The notes under the pieces are model-generated. The model was not told the DNA's origin. It worked only from the letters and a program-made list of their open reading frames with translations, and ran no database searches. Positions 22,095 to 35,503 of a DNA stretch of 64,000 nt are shown in pieces (positions within the stretch are counted from its first letter, which is position 1; each line of letters begins with the position of its first letter). Source of the DNA: Podarcis bocagei (lineage: Eukaryota); assembly GCA_964188305.1 (NCBI GenBank), contig OZ076903.1; one strand, 5' to 3'. The position numbers were made by a program, and so were the translations under genes.

Positions 22095-23460
22095 GTTTTG
22101 TCTCGTGCTCCCCCCCCAGCACATGGGACCGGGGGGGGGAGCAGCTACTCTGACGTCCCTCGGAGCACCTTCGAAGCAGAGGCGCCCTCCCCAACTTCCA
22201 ATGTCTATGACATCACTCCGCTTCGCCAGCGAGAGCTCCGCCCCAGGCAGGAGGAGCCGGAGCGAACCATTGTCCCCAAAAGAAGCGGGGGTGGAGGGAA
22301 AGAAGGGAAATCCCTTCTCACGGCTCGCCATGCCTCGTTAGCGCCGAACCTTCCCGCTCACCCACACGGACCGCTGAAGCGACACTTGCCCCGGGAGACC
22401 CCAGTGTGTAGGCGCCTTTTCTACATTTGTGCGTGTCTCCGCTATCTCTCTCTCCCCCCCCCATACGGATGGACGCCGCCGAGCTCAGGCGCGAAAGAGA
22501 GAGACAGAGACAGAGAGCGAGCGCGCTTTCAGGCAGCTGGCGCGAGGGGGGCGGCTGCGCCTGCGCGAACCGCGCTGCCGAGCCCTGCGCTGTTTCCCTT
22601 CCCTCTTACGAAAGGGCGGGAGGGGAGGGGGAGCGCCGCGGAGGGGGGCGCGCGGGTCTCTCTCGCGCGCGTGCGCGGGGCAGGTAAGCGGCTGTTTGGC
22701 GGCCGTTGGGGCTCCGTGAGGCGAGGGAGGTTGGGGGGAGGAGGTGGGTCCGGTGAGGGAAAAGAGAGGCGGCGGCTTCTCCTCCTCCTCCTCTCCCGCC
22801 CTCACACGGAGAGCGATGGAGAGAGCCCTTCCCGCCAAAACGGGGCAAGAGGCGGCTGCGCTGGCCTGGCGGCCTCGGGAAGCGCCGGGGAGGCGGATCC
22901 TGAGGGGGAAACCTTGACTATTATACCGATATAGTATACCGATATATGTGCGTGTGTGTTTGCGGTTACCTCAGACGCTGTGCTTCCTCCACAACCCTTG
23001 TGTCCTCCCTCAAGTGTGTCGTGAGGACGGTGTTTTCGCGTGTCGGCGGCGGCGGCAGCAGCACCAGCAACAACATGAGCCGCGATTTCAAACCCGGGGA
23101 CCTGATCTTCGCCAAGATGAAAGGCTACCCGCATTGGCCAGCCCGGGTCAGTAAGGCGCCGCCTCCTCCTTCCCTCATCCATCCCTCCTTCACCTGCGTT
23201 CCCACGAGCGCGCTTTTCACACGCGCGGGGCGGGGGAAACGTTCGTGGGGAACCCGCCCCCTTCCCCTCCACTCGCTTTTTTCCCACGGGGTTGTTCGGG
23301 GTTCACCCGTCCGGACCTCTTGCCCCCCTCCCCTTGCTTCGTCCTCCCCCCGCCGGCCTCTCTCTTGGGAAGGGAGGGGGCGTGTTCGTGGCGTCCCTGG
23401 AAGTGACTTCTCCATCACATTGCAAGGTGCCCACATGCTGCGGTTCGGCGCAGGGTGTGT
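22095..23460 (+). promoter_or_regulatory. PSIP1: PSIP1 CpG island and promoter; non-coding exon 1 ends at 22683; exon 2 starts at 22975
   Basis: Very high GC and CpG content. E2F-type GGCGCGAAA (22488-22496) and TTCCCGCCAAA (22829-22839), GC box (~22546-22554), NRF1-type TGCGCCTGCGC (22556-22566). CAG|GTAAGC donor and CTCAG acceptor. Confidence 0.85.
23075..23146 (+). CDS. PSIP1: PSIP1/LEDGF first coding exon, PWWP start ([24 protein letters not shown])
   Basis: Near-identical to the LEDGF N-terminus; GTCAGT donor. Confidence 0.97.
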
Positions 23461-23789
23461 GTTTTTCAGCTAGGTGGTCTTAATGACCTGCAAAAAAAGG
23501 GTTATATTCCTCCCCCCAAAAACTTGGTGGGCAAATGGATTGGGCCAAATCAGGTGAATGGCTGAGAGCGCTACCTGCTCATGGCGTAGCTTTGGGTAAT
23601 TTACATGGGTTTAGCAATGAGTCCAGAAGTGACTGTGGAGGCCAATTCTGGATCCACACATCCTTCCACAGTGGGGACATACCATAGGTTTCTGGGCGGG
23701 ATTGGATCCTGGTGAGGGTTTGCCAACCGATCCTTCCTCTTAGCACGGTTCTTCCTTGTGTCCTGAGTTCAAATGTCTTCAAAGCCCAT

Positions 23790-23887
23790 GATATCTGAAA
23801 TGTACACACACACGAAAGCACATACCAATAACAAACTTAGTTGGTCTCTAAGGTGCTACTGGAAGGATTTTTTTTTATTTTGTTTCA
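23790..23887 (+). mobile_element. Second, degenerate copy of the Penelope-like repeat
   Basis: CACACGAAAGCACATACC..AACAAACTTAGTTGGTCTCTAAGGTGCTACTGG. Confidence 0.65.
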
Positions 23888-26299
23888 AAGCCCGTGACAC
23901 CTTTGGTAAAGGCTGTTCTCCAACTGGAGCGCTTGCAGGCCAGTGTTTCCCACTTGTCACTGTTTATACTACATTTTTAAAGATTTGCCTTAAGAGAGTC
24001 TTTAAACCTCTTTTGTTGACCACCAGCATTACGCTTTCCATTCATAAGTTGGGAATAGAGTAATTGCTTTGGAAGAGCATTCACACAACATGACCAGTCC
24101 AACAAAGTTGATGTTGAAGAATCATTGCTTCAACACTGGTGATCTTTGCTTTTTCCAGTACACTGGTATTAGTTTGTGTAATTTAGTAGGGACACATTGG
24201 GTTGCGTGTGTCTGTAATAAAAAATATACCTATCCATCTACCTAAAGATGTCTGGGTTAGAAAAGTATGTGTGTTGTCTCTTATTTTCAGGTCGTAGTCT
24301 AGAGTCTTTTCTACTGACCAGTTAACATTCAATGTGAGACATTGATGTTGTATACAGTGTAAAGTGGGAGGAGGGCAGGGGGGTGGTCATTGCCAAGGGA
24401 AAATAACAGATAGAACCTACCAAAGTAACGCTGGCATATTGGGTTGTTGTTGTTTTAAAGAATAAACTATGTAAAAGGATGAAAGTTTACTATCCCCTCC
24501 CTTCTCTCTCCCCTGCTCTCTTCTTCCCCAGATTTATACTTTCTATAACATTAGTGTCTCACATCAAAATATTTAAAAAAACCAGAAGCTGTGTGTAGGT
24601 TTGTAACCAAGGGAAATCTTTAATAACATTTTTTTTAAAAAAATGAAAATTGAATTTGAAATGGCTAAAGAGAACTAACTGGGTGGGGCCTGTTGAGGAA
24701 AAGGTCAGAGCAAGATGCTCCTTACCAGTACCGAAAGACTTGCTTGGAAGCCGGTCAATATTTATCCAAAGACAAAAAAATAAAAATAGATTTGGGGCAA
24801 TTCTGCATGACACAGAATCACAGATCAGCATTCAAAGGTGCACAAACTAGATCACAGCACAGATCCTAATGATTTTTCATACTGCCCACCCTGTAATCTT
24901 ATCTGACATTTTTTCCATAGCACTATATTGCCAAAATAAATAAAAATAGTTCAGCGTGGATCTTTTGGGTTTCTTTTCTCCACATTCACCTAACCACATG
25001 CCACATTATGCTGGCTACGTTATAAAAAATTAAGACATCTGAGGAGCAGTTCATCAAAGTCTTGTAACCTGAAGATTTAACAAGTTTAGCATAAGCTTTT
25101 ATGGAATCATGCATCAGTTAGCAAGTGTGGCAGTCTGTGATTAAATCTGCATTTAAAAGAAGACAAATTAAGAATGGTGACTGTTCACCATAGCAATTAT
25201 TGGGATAATACAATCATTAGATTTACTGTTGTCCCTATTCAGACCAAAATGGATAGATTCCAACTTCATTATTATTATTACTATTACTTGGTCACCTTAC
25301 ATATAGAAAAGAATTTACACAGAGCAGAAAAGAAAATAGAGTGACTTACACATACAACACAAAAACTAAAACCAATCAATAAAAACCTTTAAATAAAAGA
25401 CTTATCTATGCAAATAAAATACAGTTCTAGCAGATCCTGCCCTTCCAAAAACGGCCATAAATACTAAAAAAAAAAAACCCTTCAAACTAAGGGCCAAAAG
25501 CCCAGGTAAAGAGAACAGTTTGCCTAGAGCCTAAAACTAGATAAAGATGGTGCCAGGTGAGCCTTCCTTGGGAGAGCATTCCTCAAGTCAGGAGTCACCA
25601 CTGAAAAGGCCTGTTCTTGTGTTGCTCCCCTCCAGACCTCCCATGAAGAGCCTCAGATGATAATTGCAGGATCCAGGTCAGTTCTTCATAAGTTCTAATT
25701 AAACTGTTTCACACTGTAGTGTCCCTTTAAAGTACCTTTTTTGAAGAATAAATTAAGTGAAGAATAAATAAATTCCACCTTGCAGTGCTTTGCCCTATGA
25801 AACTGTCTGTCACAGCTAATTTGATGCTCTTTTGTAACTGTAAGGATGGTGCTTGTTACCTAAACAAAGTGGTCCCTTTGGATAACACCACACTAATTAA
25901 AAGAAGTGCCTCCATGCTGGGCAGTTATAACTGGGAGGCAAACTGATACCTTCTTCCAGCAGCCAACAAAATCAATGTCAGAATTAGCAGGGAGTCATTC
26001 CCTCATTATTGGCATGATCCTATACATGTTTGCTTTCAATAAGTCTTGCTCTGCTCGGTGAGGTTTACTCCCAATTAAATGCACATAGGATTGCAGTTTA
26101 AGAGAAAATTGTTTTGAATCTGTTGTCTTTGGTGGTCAATGACTAACATCTTATATAGATGGGATCTTCTGTTTTCAACCTACTTCACAAGTGTTCTGAA
26201 CATTATAACCACCAGTGATTTCTTTACCCCTTTTAGTAGTTTCCTACTAAATCAAAGTGTTTCGTTTAGAGTAAATGTTGCTTTCCCCCTTTTTCTTAG

Positions 26300-26376
26300 G
26301 TGGATGAAGTTCCTGATGGAGCAGTCAAGCCACCTACAAATAAAATGCCTATATTCTTTTTTGGCACACATGAAAC
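26300..26376 (+). CDS. PSIP1: PSIP1 exon, PWWP (VDEVPDGAVKPPTNKMPIFFFGTHET)
   Basis: Homology; AG/GTAAGT; 77 bp. Confidence 0.97.
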
Positions 26377-26789
26377 GTAAGTCCTAAAGTTACAAAGCTA
26401 TACTGGTTGGAGTTACTTGGCTGTTGAACTATGGATTGTACATATTTTAGAGCACAGAGGCATGACAATATCATTTTTACATTGGGTTAATTTAGTGAAA
26501 ATGATCTTTTCCCAGGCTTAGTCTAAAGAGTATTTGTTTTCTAAACACAGAACCCTGTTTGTTATCCTGTATTATATTACACTTGTAGTTATTTAATTTT
26601 GCCACAATCAACAGTGTATGTCAGTACATGACCAGGACTTCTTGTCATGCTATAGCTGATAGGAGGTGTGAGTTCTTTGTTGTAGTTCTGACCTTTGAAG
26701 GCCCTGGAAGTTGAAACCCACAGAAACAAAGAACAACCGTTACTGCTCTTATTGGCTGGTGTGTGGGTCAATGCACCTCAAAAAGAATA

Positions 26790-27130
26790 ATCTAGAGCTG
26801 AAAAACGTGTAGCATAGGGCAACCAAAATGATGAAGGGACTTCACCAAGTTCTCTGTGAGGAAAGATTACAACATGTAGGGCTTTTTAGTCCAGAAAAAG
26901 GGCAAATGAGGAGGGACATGATATAGATGTGTCATGTTTACAGACAAAAGGATTTATCCCCCTCATAATACTAGAATCCAATGAAGCTGAATATTGGTAG
27001 ATTCAAGATAGACAAAAAATACCTGTTCACAGGGTACATAGTAAAAATCACTACCAGAATATTTAGTAATTGCTACTACCTTGGATAGTATTTAAATTAC
27101 ATTAGACAAATTCATGGAGGATAAGCCTAT
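26790..27130 (+). mobile_element. Degenerate CR1 LINE 3' fragment
   Basis: RATKMMKGL..YEERL..LGLFS..RGDMI-like sequence. Confidence 0.65.
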
Positions 27131-28465
27131 CGAGGATACTATCATGATGGCTGTGTACTGTCTCCATGATCAGAGGCAATATCCCCTTGCCTGGTGCCTT
27201 CATTATACACCTTTAGGCGTCAGGTGAAAATGTTCCTCTTCAACCAGGCCTTGGTCTGACAAACATCCTACATACTTTTAAATGTGTTTGCACCAGGGAG
27301 GGGATTATTGGTTTGTTTTGGTTTTGTTCTTGTTTTTATTGCGTATTTTGTGTTTTTATCCTGTATATGCTGTGAACTTTCCTGAGATGTGCAGATGAAG
27401 GGAACTCAAAGAATATAAATTTAATTATTAATAAGCTTTCTATGAGTTATTCCCCTCATCACAAAACTGTCCAAAAAGTACACCCTGCATTCATGGGAGC
27501 TGAGGGGAAGTGTTTTGAGAATTGTGGGTAGTTATTTGGCATAGCATAGAACTAGTGTGAAGTGGCCTCTCCTGCAGGTCTTTGCACCCTGGAGCAGTTT
27601 TCCAGTCCAGCTCTTCGAAGAGACTGTGGAGCAGGAATGAGTGGGGAAAGTAGCAGACAGTGTGTCGGACATTGTAGAGAGAGACTGGAAAGAAAATGGG
27701 AAAGGAATATGTGCATTATACTTTGTTAGACCCAGCATCTGTTTACACCATGACCCACAGTTCTTTGAGAGTTAGGCCTTCCAAACATTTTGTGCAGTCT
27801 TATTGTAGCAAATGCCAAAGTGGAGGCTTAGCATCAAAGCATAAAATCAATGTTTTATGACCCTGGATCATATACTATAAAAAATTGCAGTTTCTCCCTC
27901 CTAATTTAGTTACTTTGTACCTTGCCCAATGCTACAGTGTTATTTTTTCAGTTGGAATTATTAGATCTAGGCACAGTATTCCAGTGTGACATGTAGTAGT
28001 ATTATATTTACTGTCAAATTTCAATCCTTTCCCTGATAACTTCAAAACTGATATAGCACTTTTCACTACAATAGCACTGTTGAATGTGCAAAATGCCACT
28101 TAAGATTAGTGGTGATGGGGAGAGTCGGAGATAGGAAAATGGATTGAATATTTTATGAATTCATTTTGGGGGATGACTTCACTTCCACATTACAATCCCA
28201 AAATAATGCATGTGTGTGGTTACAGCCTACTGAGACCTATGTATATGAAGTCAGAATATTCTGTTTTTGTTCCTGCATATATTGTTGTTTGGGGGCATTT
28301 GAGTGCTAAATATCTACAATATTGGTTACCTTGTTTCTTCCTGATAATTTTAGAATAAATAGCACTGAATACATTAGGTTCTCAGTTACCAGCGTATGAG
28401 AAAACGTCTACTATTTACCTGTGACTGCTCGTGAGGAATTTGTCCAAGTCTTTTAGAAATTATAG

Positions 28466-28786
<321 letters not shown>

Positions 28787-29086
28787 TAACAATTTAGTCA
28801 GTTATTTCTAGTACCTTATTGACCTGACAGTGTCTGTTCTGTGTCCTGAGCCTATTATGCCAATATGATGTTATCAGGAACCACAGGTATCAGAACGCTG
28901 CTGTTGTAGTTTAATAGATCAGGTTCCCCATTACTGAATTGGACATTTCATGCCATTGCCCCTACCTGTCTTCTCACATGACTACTATTCCTTTTTAGAG
29001 TACCTGCTCATAGTTAAGCAAATGGTCAATCCCAGGCTTTTTTGAGAAGCTATCTTCCACAGGGAAGGGCAGCCCCTGCCAGAGTA

Positions 29087-30043
29087 CAGTGGTGCCTCGC
29101 AAGACAAAAAGAATCCGTTCTGTGATTCTCTTCGTCTAGCGGTTTTTTCGTCTTGCGAAGGAAGCCCATTGACGGATTAGCGCTATTAGCGGCTTTTAGC
29201 GGCTTATCTGCTGATCGGAACACCTGCCCCCACCGCCCCGCTTCGGAACGCTGCTCCGAAGCGGGGCGGGGGGGCGGGAACACCTGCCCCCACCGCCCGG
29301 CTTCGGAACGCTGCTCCGAAGCGGGGCGGGGGGGCGGGAACACCTGCCCCAGCCGCCCCGCTTCGGAACGCTGCTCCGAAGCGGGGCGGGGGGCGGGAAC
29401 ACCTGCCCCAGCCGCCCCGCTTCGGAACGCTGCTCCGAAGCGGGGCGGGGACACCTGCCCCAGCCGCCCCGCTTCGGAACGCTGCTCCGAAGCGGGGCAG
29501 GGGGCGGGGACACCTGCCCCAGCCGCCCCGCTTCGGAACGCTGCTCCGAAGCGGGGCGGGGGGCGGGGACACCTGCCCCAGCCGCCCCGCTTCGGAACGC
29601 TGCTCCGAAGCGGGGCGGGGGGGCGGGAACACCTTCTGAAGGCAGGCGGGGGGCGAAAGTCTTTGTCCCCCCTGCCTGCCTTCCCAGGGGCTTTTAAATC
29701 GCCCCGGACAGCGGAGAAGTCCTCCGCTGTCCCGGGGCGATTTTAAAATGCCGCCCGCCAGCATTTTAAGATCGCCCGGACAGCGGAGAAGTCCTCCGCT
29801 GTCCCGGGGTTTTTTAAAATGCTGGGGGTGGGAAGAAAAGCCCTTGTCCCCCCCCCCCCCCCAGCCTTCAGAAGAGGTCCGGGGACAGACTGTCCCCGGA
29901 CCTGGTCTGAAGGCGGTTTCCCTAGGAACGCATTAATTGATTTTCAATGCATTCCTATGGGAAACCGTGCATCACAAGACGAAAAACTCGCAAGACGAAG
30001 AGACTTGCGGAACGAATTAATTTCGTCTTGCGAGGCACCACTG
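29087..30043. mobile_element. TA-MITE family B (TIR CAGTGGTGCCTCGCAAGAC), long form carrying a GC-rich hairpin minisatellite
   Basis: Long TIRs and TA TSD. Confidence 0.88.
29216..29635. repeat. ~7 x 52-60-bp GC-rich minisatellite, each unit a hairpin
   Basis: Unit core CCGCCCCGCTTCGGA-ACGCTGC-TCCGAAGCGGGGCGG. Confidence 0.95.
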
Positions 30044-30210
30044 TATTTGCTTTATGCAGCATGCAACCCTGAAATTTGATATGATGAAGTGTTGTATAAA
30101 AACGTTGCATATATTTAATTGTTTTTTAATCACCCAATTTTGAAATTGCTGCTCTTGTGTCTTTGTTTCCTGCTGATTTACGTATATGTTGGCAATATTT
30201 TTGTCCATAG

Positions 30211-30330
30211 CCCCATCCAGCTATTAGCCCTACAGTTGTGAAAGAAACTGCTGAAGAAACTAGTTTAGATACTACGGAGGAAAATGAACAAAAAATGGTG
30301 CCCAAAAGAAAAAAGCTGACTGCTCTTAAA
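30211..30330 (+). CDS. PSIP1: PSIP1 additional 120-bp phase-0 exon (PHPAISPTVVKETAEETSLDTTEENEQKMVPKRKKLTALK)
   Basis: TTTTTGTCCATAG acceptor, GTAAGT donor, open and frame-preserving; resembles the insert recalled in chicken LEDGF. Confidence 0.8.
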
Positions 30331-30835
30331 GTAAGTGATCAAGATCTCATCCAGTACTACAATTCTATGATTTAAGTTAGTCATGAGTGGCTAAGAATTT
30401 ATTTCATTGGGTCTACTCTGAGTATAACTTGGTATACCATCACCTTGTAATGTTAAAGATAAGGCAAAGGTGAGGGTATAAAGTGCAGTATGGACAGGAA
30501 AAGGCGGTGGTAAATCAGTTTCCTTCATTGGATATAATAGAAAATTGGTTTAGGAAACCAGAACATCTTCATTAAGGTTATGAGGACAGACGCAAGAAGG
30601 GTGTTGTTTGCAAATGGATGGTGGGGACATGAAAACTGGACCATTTTCCTCCTTTGAATTCTGTTTAGGCTTTTGGAGGTAATCACCTCTCCACCTGATT
30701 TGAAGTCTTTGCTAGCTCTGTTCTTATTCCTGTTGCTTATTTTCTGTTGAGGTGAGGTCAGATTACTGGAACACTAGAGCATTTCTTATGTGACCCCCTT
30801 AGCTTCTTCCCAGCCTGCCAAAAGCAATTTACATA

Positions 30836-31042
30836 CAGTGGTACCTCTGGTTACTTACTCAATTCGTTCCAGAGGTCCGTTCTTAACCTGAAACACCACT
30901 TTAGCTAATGGGGTCTCGTGCTGCCACCGCACCGTCATTGTGTGATTTCTGTTCTCATCCTGAAGCAAAGTTCTTAACCCGAGGTATTATTTCTGGGTTA
31001 GCGGAGTCTAACCTGAAGCGTATGTAACCCGAGGTACCACTG
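30836..31042. mobile_element. MITE family A
   Basis: TIR and TA. Confidence 0.88.
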
Positions 31043-31365
31043 TATTTCCCCTTGCAAAAATATGCTGCCGTTTCATGAACCCTAACAAAAGGACTGTTAA
31101 AGGGAGTTACAGTCAAATTACTTGATTAATGGTGAATTGGGATTATCATAGAACAGCACTAGTGTCAAGTTTGTTTTCCATACCTTTGGTATTTGCTTAC
31201 GTGATCAAAGAGTTTTGTTTATTTCTGCTAACAACTCTGAATGCTAAAATAATTATATATGCACTTAATTAAATCTAGTTAAGTGTTGAATATATCACTA
31301 GTTGTGCTGATTGCTTTATTGCTTTCTGAGAGCCTTAATGCCCATTACATCATAGATGTTATAGG

Positions 31366-31541
31366 CACTGGCGGAGGAAGAGGGGGGCGGTGGGAGCGCG
31401 CCGCCCCTGGCAGTGCGATCCTGGTGGGGTTCCATTGTGGCTGCCCCCCGCCTGCGCTGGATGCCCCACCCCCGCAGGCAGCATGCCCCACCCCCACCTG
31501 CTCTCTGTCCCTTGGTGCCAGAGCATGAAGCTCCGCCACTC
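31366..31541. mobile_element. hAT-type non-autonomous element (GC-rich)
   Basis: TSD GTTATAGG; TGGCGGAG/CTCCGCCA inverted termini. Confidence 0.75.
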
Positions 31542-31915
31542 GTTATAGGAACAATTAATTGGGAATCAGGATCTCAAGAAGATGAGGCAGGAAGCCATGT
31601 GGTGATTTTGACTTGAGAGCACTTCATTATCTGTGGACTGAACAAGACTGGTGTCCTGAACACAGGAGGAGCAGAATGTTCAGCACTTGTGATTCAGAAA
31701 GAAGCTCCACACTTCCAGTAGCCAAGGCACAGCTTCCATAAAGCAATTCTACACAATTCTACACAAAGCAATTTTGATGTTCATTTATATTTAACAAGAT
31801 TTATATACTGGCTAATTCAAAAAAACTCAAAGCTGTTTCGATAGCTTTGACTAAACAAAAAAGTTTTTAGCCAGCCTCAAAAAGAATACAATTAACGCAC
31901 CTGATTAATATTCAT

Positions 31916-32092
31916 ACAGTTAAGTCCAGTCAAAGGCAACTATGGAGTACGACACTCATCTTGCTTTTCAGGCCGAGGGAGCCAGCGTTTGCCTACAGAC
32001 AGCTTTCTGAGTCATGTGGCCAGCAAGACTAAACCGCTTCTGGCACAACGGGATACCGTGACGAGTGCCAGAGCTTATGGAAACACCATTTC
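31916..32092 (-). mobile_element. Sauria SINE fragment
   Basis: Similarity to the other copies. Confidence 0.8.
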
Positions 32093-32820
32093 CGTATTCA
32101 TATACCGTAGTTACATCTGTATACAGAACATAAAGCCTTGTTAACCTTCTAAACTGATGCTCATCCTGTGATGTTTTTCTGCAATGTGTATTATTGAAAA
32201 AGTTTTGAATCCTAAAGAAATAGATGGCACACAACCATGCTCAAGTGCCTGTTCAGCTCTGAGTTAAGAGAGCTGATGGCTTTCTCTTGCGTGAGAGTGT
32301 TCTGGGGCACAGAATATTTCTGGACATTATGGTCAATGTATGATGATAACAGAGGAACTTCAGATACCTGCTACTTATGTTAGAGTTTGGGGTTCAAATG
32401 CAACCTGAGACACTTGTGCCAGTATGCCTAGTAACCTTACAATGACACGTCCCTTACAGGCCACTAGTAAAAGAAAAGGTTGATTAAAAAGGTACAAGTT
32501 ATGTATACCCTGTCTCTGCATAGAGAGAGCATTTCTGACAGCTTGGATGAGGATTTTTAGGGCTGAACCTATATCTCATTGGGATCCTCTTATCACATAT
32601 TTTATATGTGTCTGCCAGTCCCAGATTAGGAAATCTATATTAGTATAAGTTTTTGGAAAATGAAAAAAAATCATATGGATACAGTTAACAATGTTTTCTT
32701 TGCCTTTCAAAAACAAATTCTGATGTAGCTTCATGAGGACTGCACTTTCATCATTAGGCACCTATACCGACCTTACATAGATGTAAATTTTTAAAAATGT
32801 TATTTGTATCTCATTCCCAG

Positions 32821-32919
32821 GGTTCAGTTAAGCAGGATAATATAACCTCTGAAGTTGAAATAGAAGAAAAAGAGATGGAAATCTCGAAAGATGATGATTC
32901 TTCAGAAAAACCTAATGAA
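32821..32919 (+). CDS. PSIP1: PSIP1 exon (GSVKQDNITSEVEIEEKEMEISKDDDSSEKPNE)
   Basis: Similar to human AATKQSNASSDVEVEEKETSVSKED; CAG/GTATGT. Confidence 0.9.
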
Positions 32920-34719
32920 GTATGTGACTTTGAGAAATTTGGATTGTTGTTCTTTTTTATTGTTCCCAGTTTACATTTAATTTTGGAAAATGAGGGTCAC
33001 ACACAGCTTCCCATTTTGAGCAGCACCTAGGCTCTGCATAAATACTTTTTTCTTTCTGTACACAATACAACAAAGGTTTTCCTCTCCTTTTAGTGACACA
33101 GGTTTTTCTGAACCCCTTGTCCTCTCTGTAACTTTTTCTCTCTGACCATTGCTACCACTGTTATACTGCACTCTTTTGTGCTACCATTTCTCCATTAGTG
33201 CACATTGCTGCGGGTCTGTCTCCAACTCCCAGGACTGACCCCCTCTTCTTTAAAGTTTGGTAACAGCTCACAAGACTAATTGCATAGTGAGGATGTGTCC
33301 GATGCAGATGGGCTATGCAGATTGCTTACTGAACAAGTTAGAAGAAGTAGTGCCAAGTCCACTTTGCACCTCTGAATCCAGGAATGGAAGGAAGGAAGTA
33401 GACATGAGAGGTGTTTGTATTTAATGCCAAACCATGATTTAGTGCTCTGTGCATATGCAGAAAGGAACCTCTGCATTCTCTGAGGCTTGATTGCCCCCCC
33501 CCCCCCCATGCAAGGCCTAGTTTAATTTCAACTTTCAACAAATTTTGGCTTGCTAGATTTTTGTTTAAAATAAACTGATCAGTTTCCAAGTAAGTAAACT
33601 TAAAAATGTGGGTTATAAAGCTGGCTCATTAAACAAACTAGAGTGTATGGTTTATATGAAATGACACATTTTATAAAAAGTGAAATGAAACAGCTGAAGC
33701 TGTCCTCCCAGCAGTACAGAAGGAAAGGTTCACAACACCTCCTTGCTGCTTATAGAACTATTATTGAAGCATTACATGTGAACCAGGCCATAGCTACACA
33801 AGGATTACCTCATCCTCTGGCTGGGTGCTCACCCCACTTGTTACACTGGCATTTGGGGAGCTGCAGCAATGTGAGCCTGACTTGGTTAGCACAGCCTCAG
33901 TTCATTAAAACCAGTACTAACGGGTCTTTCCCAATATCTGCCATCTGATGCTCTTATTGAAGAAGGCAGAGACTCATACTTAAGTCTTCTTGCATTCAAA
34001 GCATATGTACTACTACTAAGCTATTGCCTCACCCCTTGAACATTCCTACACTGGCAGGATAACATGACTCCTTGTGGGAGGAGTCGATGCTATTGTTGCT
34101 GACCATCCTAGCTAGTAACTGAGGCAGTGCTGGTGTGTATAAGAGGCCCAAACTTCATAGGCCCAAACTTTTATACATGACCCCAGGGGCGCAGGTAGGA
34201 ACTGCAGTTTATCAGCTTTCACCTAACCAGTGTAACATACAAACAATGGCTTACAGATGAGAGAAGGCTACAAACAATGGTGAGCTGGAATTGCTTCAGG
34301 GGGCTGTAGTTAGTTTGCACAGACCTCGTTTAAATATCCATGTAACTGGAGTATAGCTAGCTAAATAGATTTGAGCTGTGTAATTTGATGAAGTTATTAT
34401 TGTGCCTCAGACCTAAACACATCTAAAAACAAATCTCATTTAATTAGAGTGCACTTCCAAGTGTATAAATGAGTATTTTTTCCTTGAATAGCAAGTCCCT
34501 TGTGCTATATGAAGTGCTGTCAAAATTCTTCTCCCTTTCAAAGGTAGTTTGCCATGCAACATGTGGGCTGCTGCTTGAGAAAAAGAAATCCCTTAAACTC
34601 ACGTTCGTTGGGACATGTAGAATTCCATGGGGTGGGTGGGGGCGTTAGCATAAACTTAATAATTTCAAAATTACACAAACAATTTTTACAGTTAATTTTA
34701 GTACTATTTCTGCCCTTAG

Positions 34720-34782
34720 GATATTGAGAAATCAGATGATGCACCTATCCCTAAGGTGGCTAGGAGGGGGAGAAAAAGAAAG
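34720..34782 (+). CDS. PSIP1: PSIP1 NLS exon (DIEKSDDAPIPKVARRGRKRK)
   Basis: Contains the LEDGF NLS RRGRKRK; 63 bp; TAG/GTAATA. Confidence 0.93.
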
Positions 34783-35406
34783 GTAATATTTAAAACTTTT
34801 ATAGTTTTGTAAATACAGATTGGATTATCAATTGTTTTTCAAAACCATTGGTTGCCTATGAAAAGACACACAAAAATAACCTTAACAATTACTACAAAAA
34901 AATTCATTACTTCAGAATATGTTCCTATTATGTATGAAATCAGTCCTTTTTCTGGACTCTTACTATCAGTCACACTTTTTTCCTGCCCTTCGCCTACTCT
35001 GTCTTCCATGACAGTGGGTGGGATACAAATAAGTGAACATAATGATATTTGGTCAAGTGGAGCTCCTGTTAATGGGGGGGAGCCCCTTTTAAAGTCTATT
35101 TTCTTTACCCCCTGAAGCAGATTTTCAGGTGGAAAAGGAAACATTGGGGGAAATTGTGTCTTCTTTAATCAGCAAGCAGTGGGAGCTCCCTTTCCCTGAG
35201 CAGCACACACAGGATCTTAGGATCCAACCTGGTGACAGACTCAAAGTGTCCCAGTGAAGAGGGACTTCAGCTTGCATCTTTCCAGTCTGAACCAGACATG
35301 CTATGCTGCATAGTATATATAATCCATTTTTCATAAGCTCTTCCAACATTTGGAACAGTTGTGTAGTTTGTTCAAATTAAATGAAGAAAATTTGTTTTCA
35401 ATACAG

Positions 35407-35503
35407 GCTGAAAAACAAGCAGAAGTTGAAGAGGCAGCAGTGGCAGCAACAGCTGCAGTGCCTACAGCTCCAAAAGCAAGTCCTAAAAGAGGAAGGCCAG
35501 CTG
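35407..35503 (+). CDS. PSIP1: PSIP1 exon with AT-hook 1 (SPKRGRP)
   Basis: Homology; CAG/GTAAGT; 97 bp. Confidence 0.95.

Noticed and set aside
22089-23483. Many long overlapping ORFs (e.g. 278 aa at 22098)
   Set aside because: These arise from stop-poor CpG-island sequence; only 23075-23146 matches a known protein.
29050-29764. Repetitive ORFs of 105-197 aa on both strands
   Set aside because: They are translations of the palindromic minisatellite.
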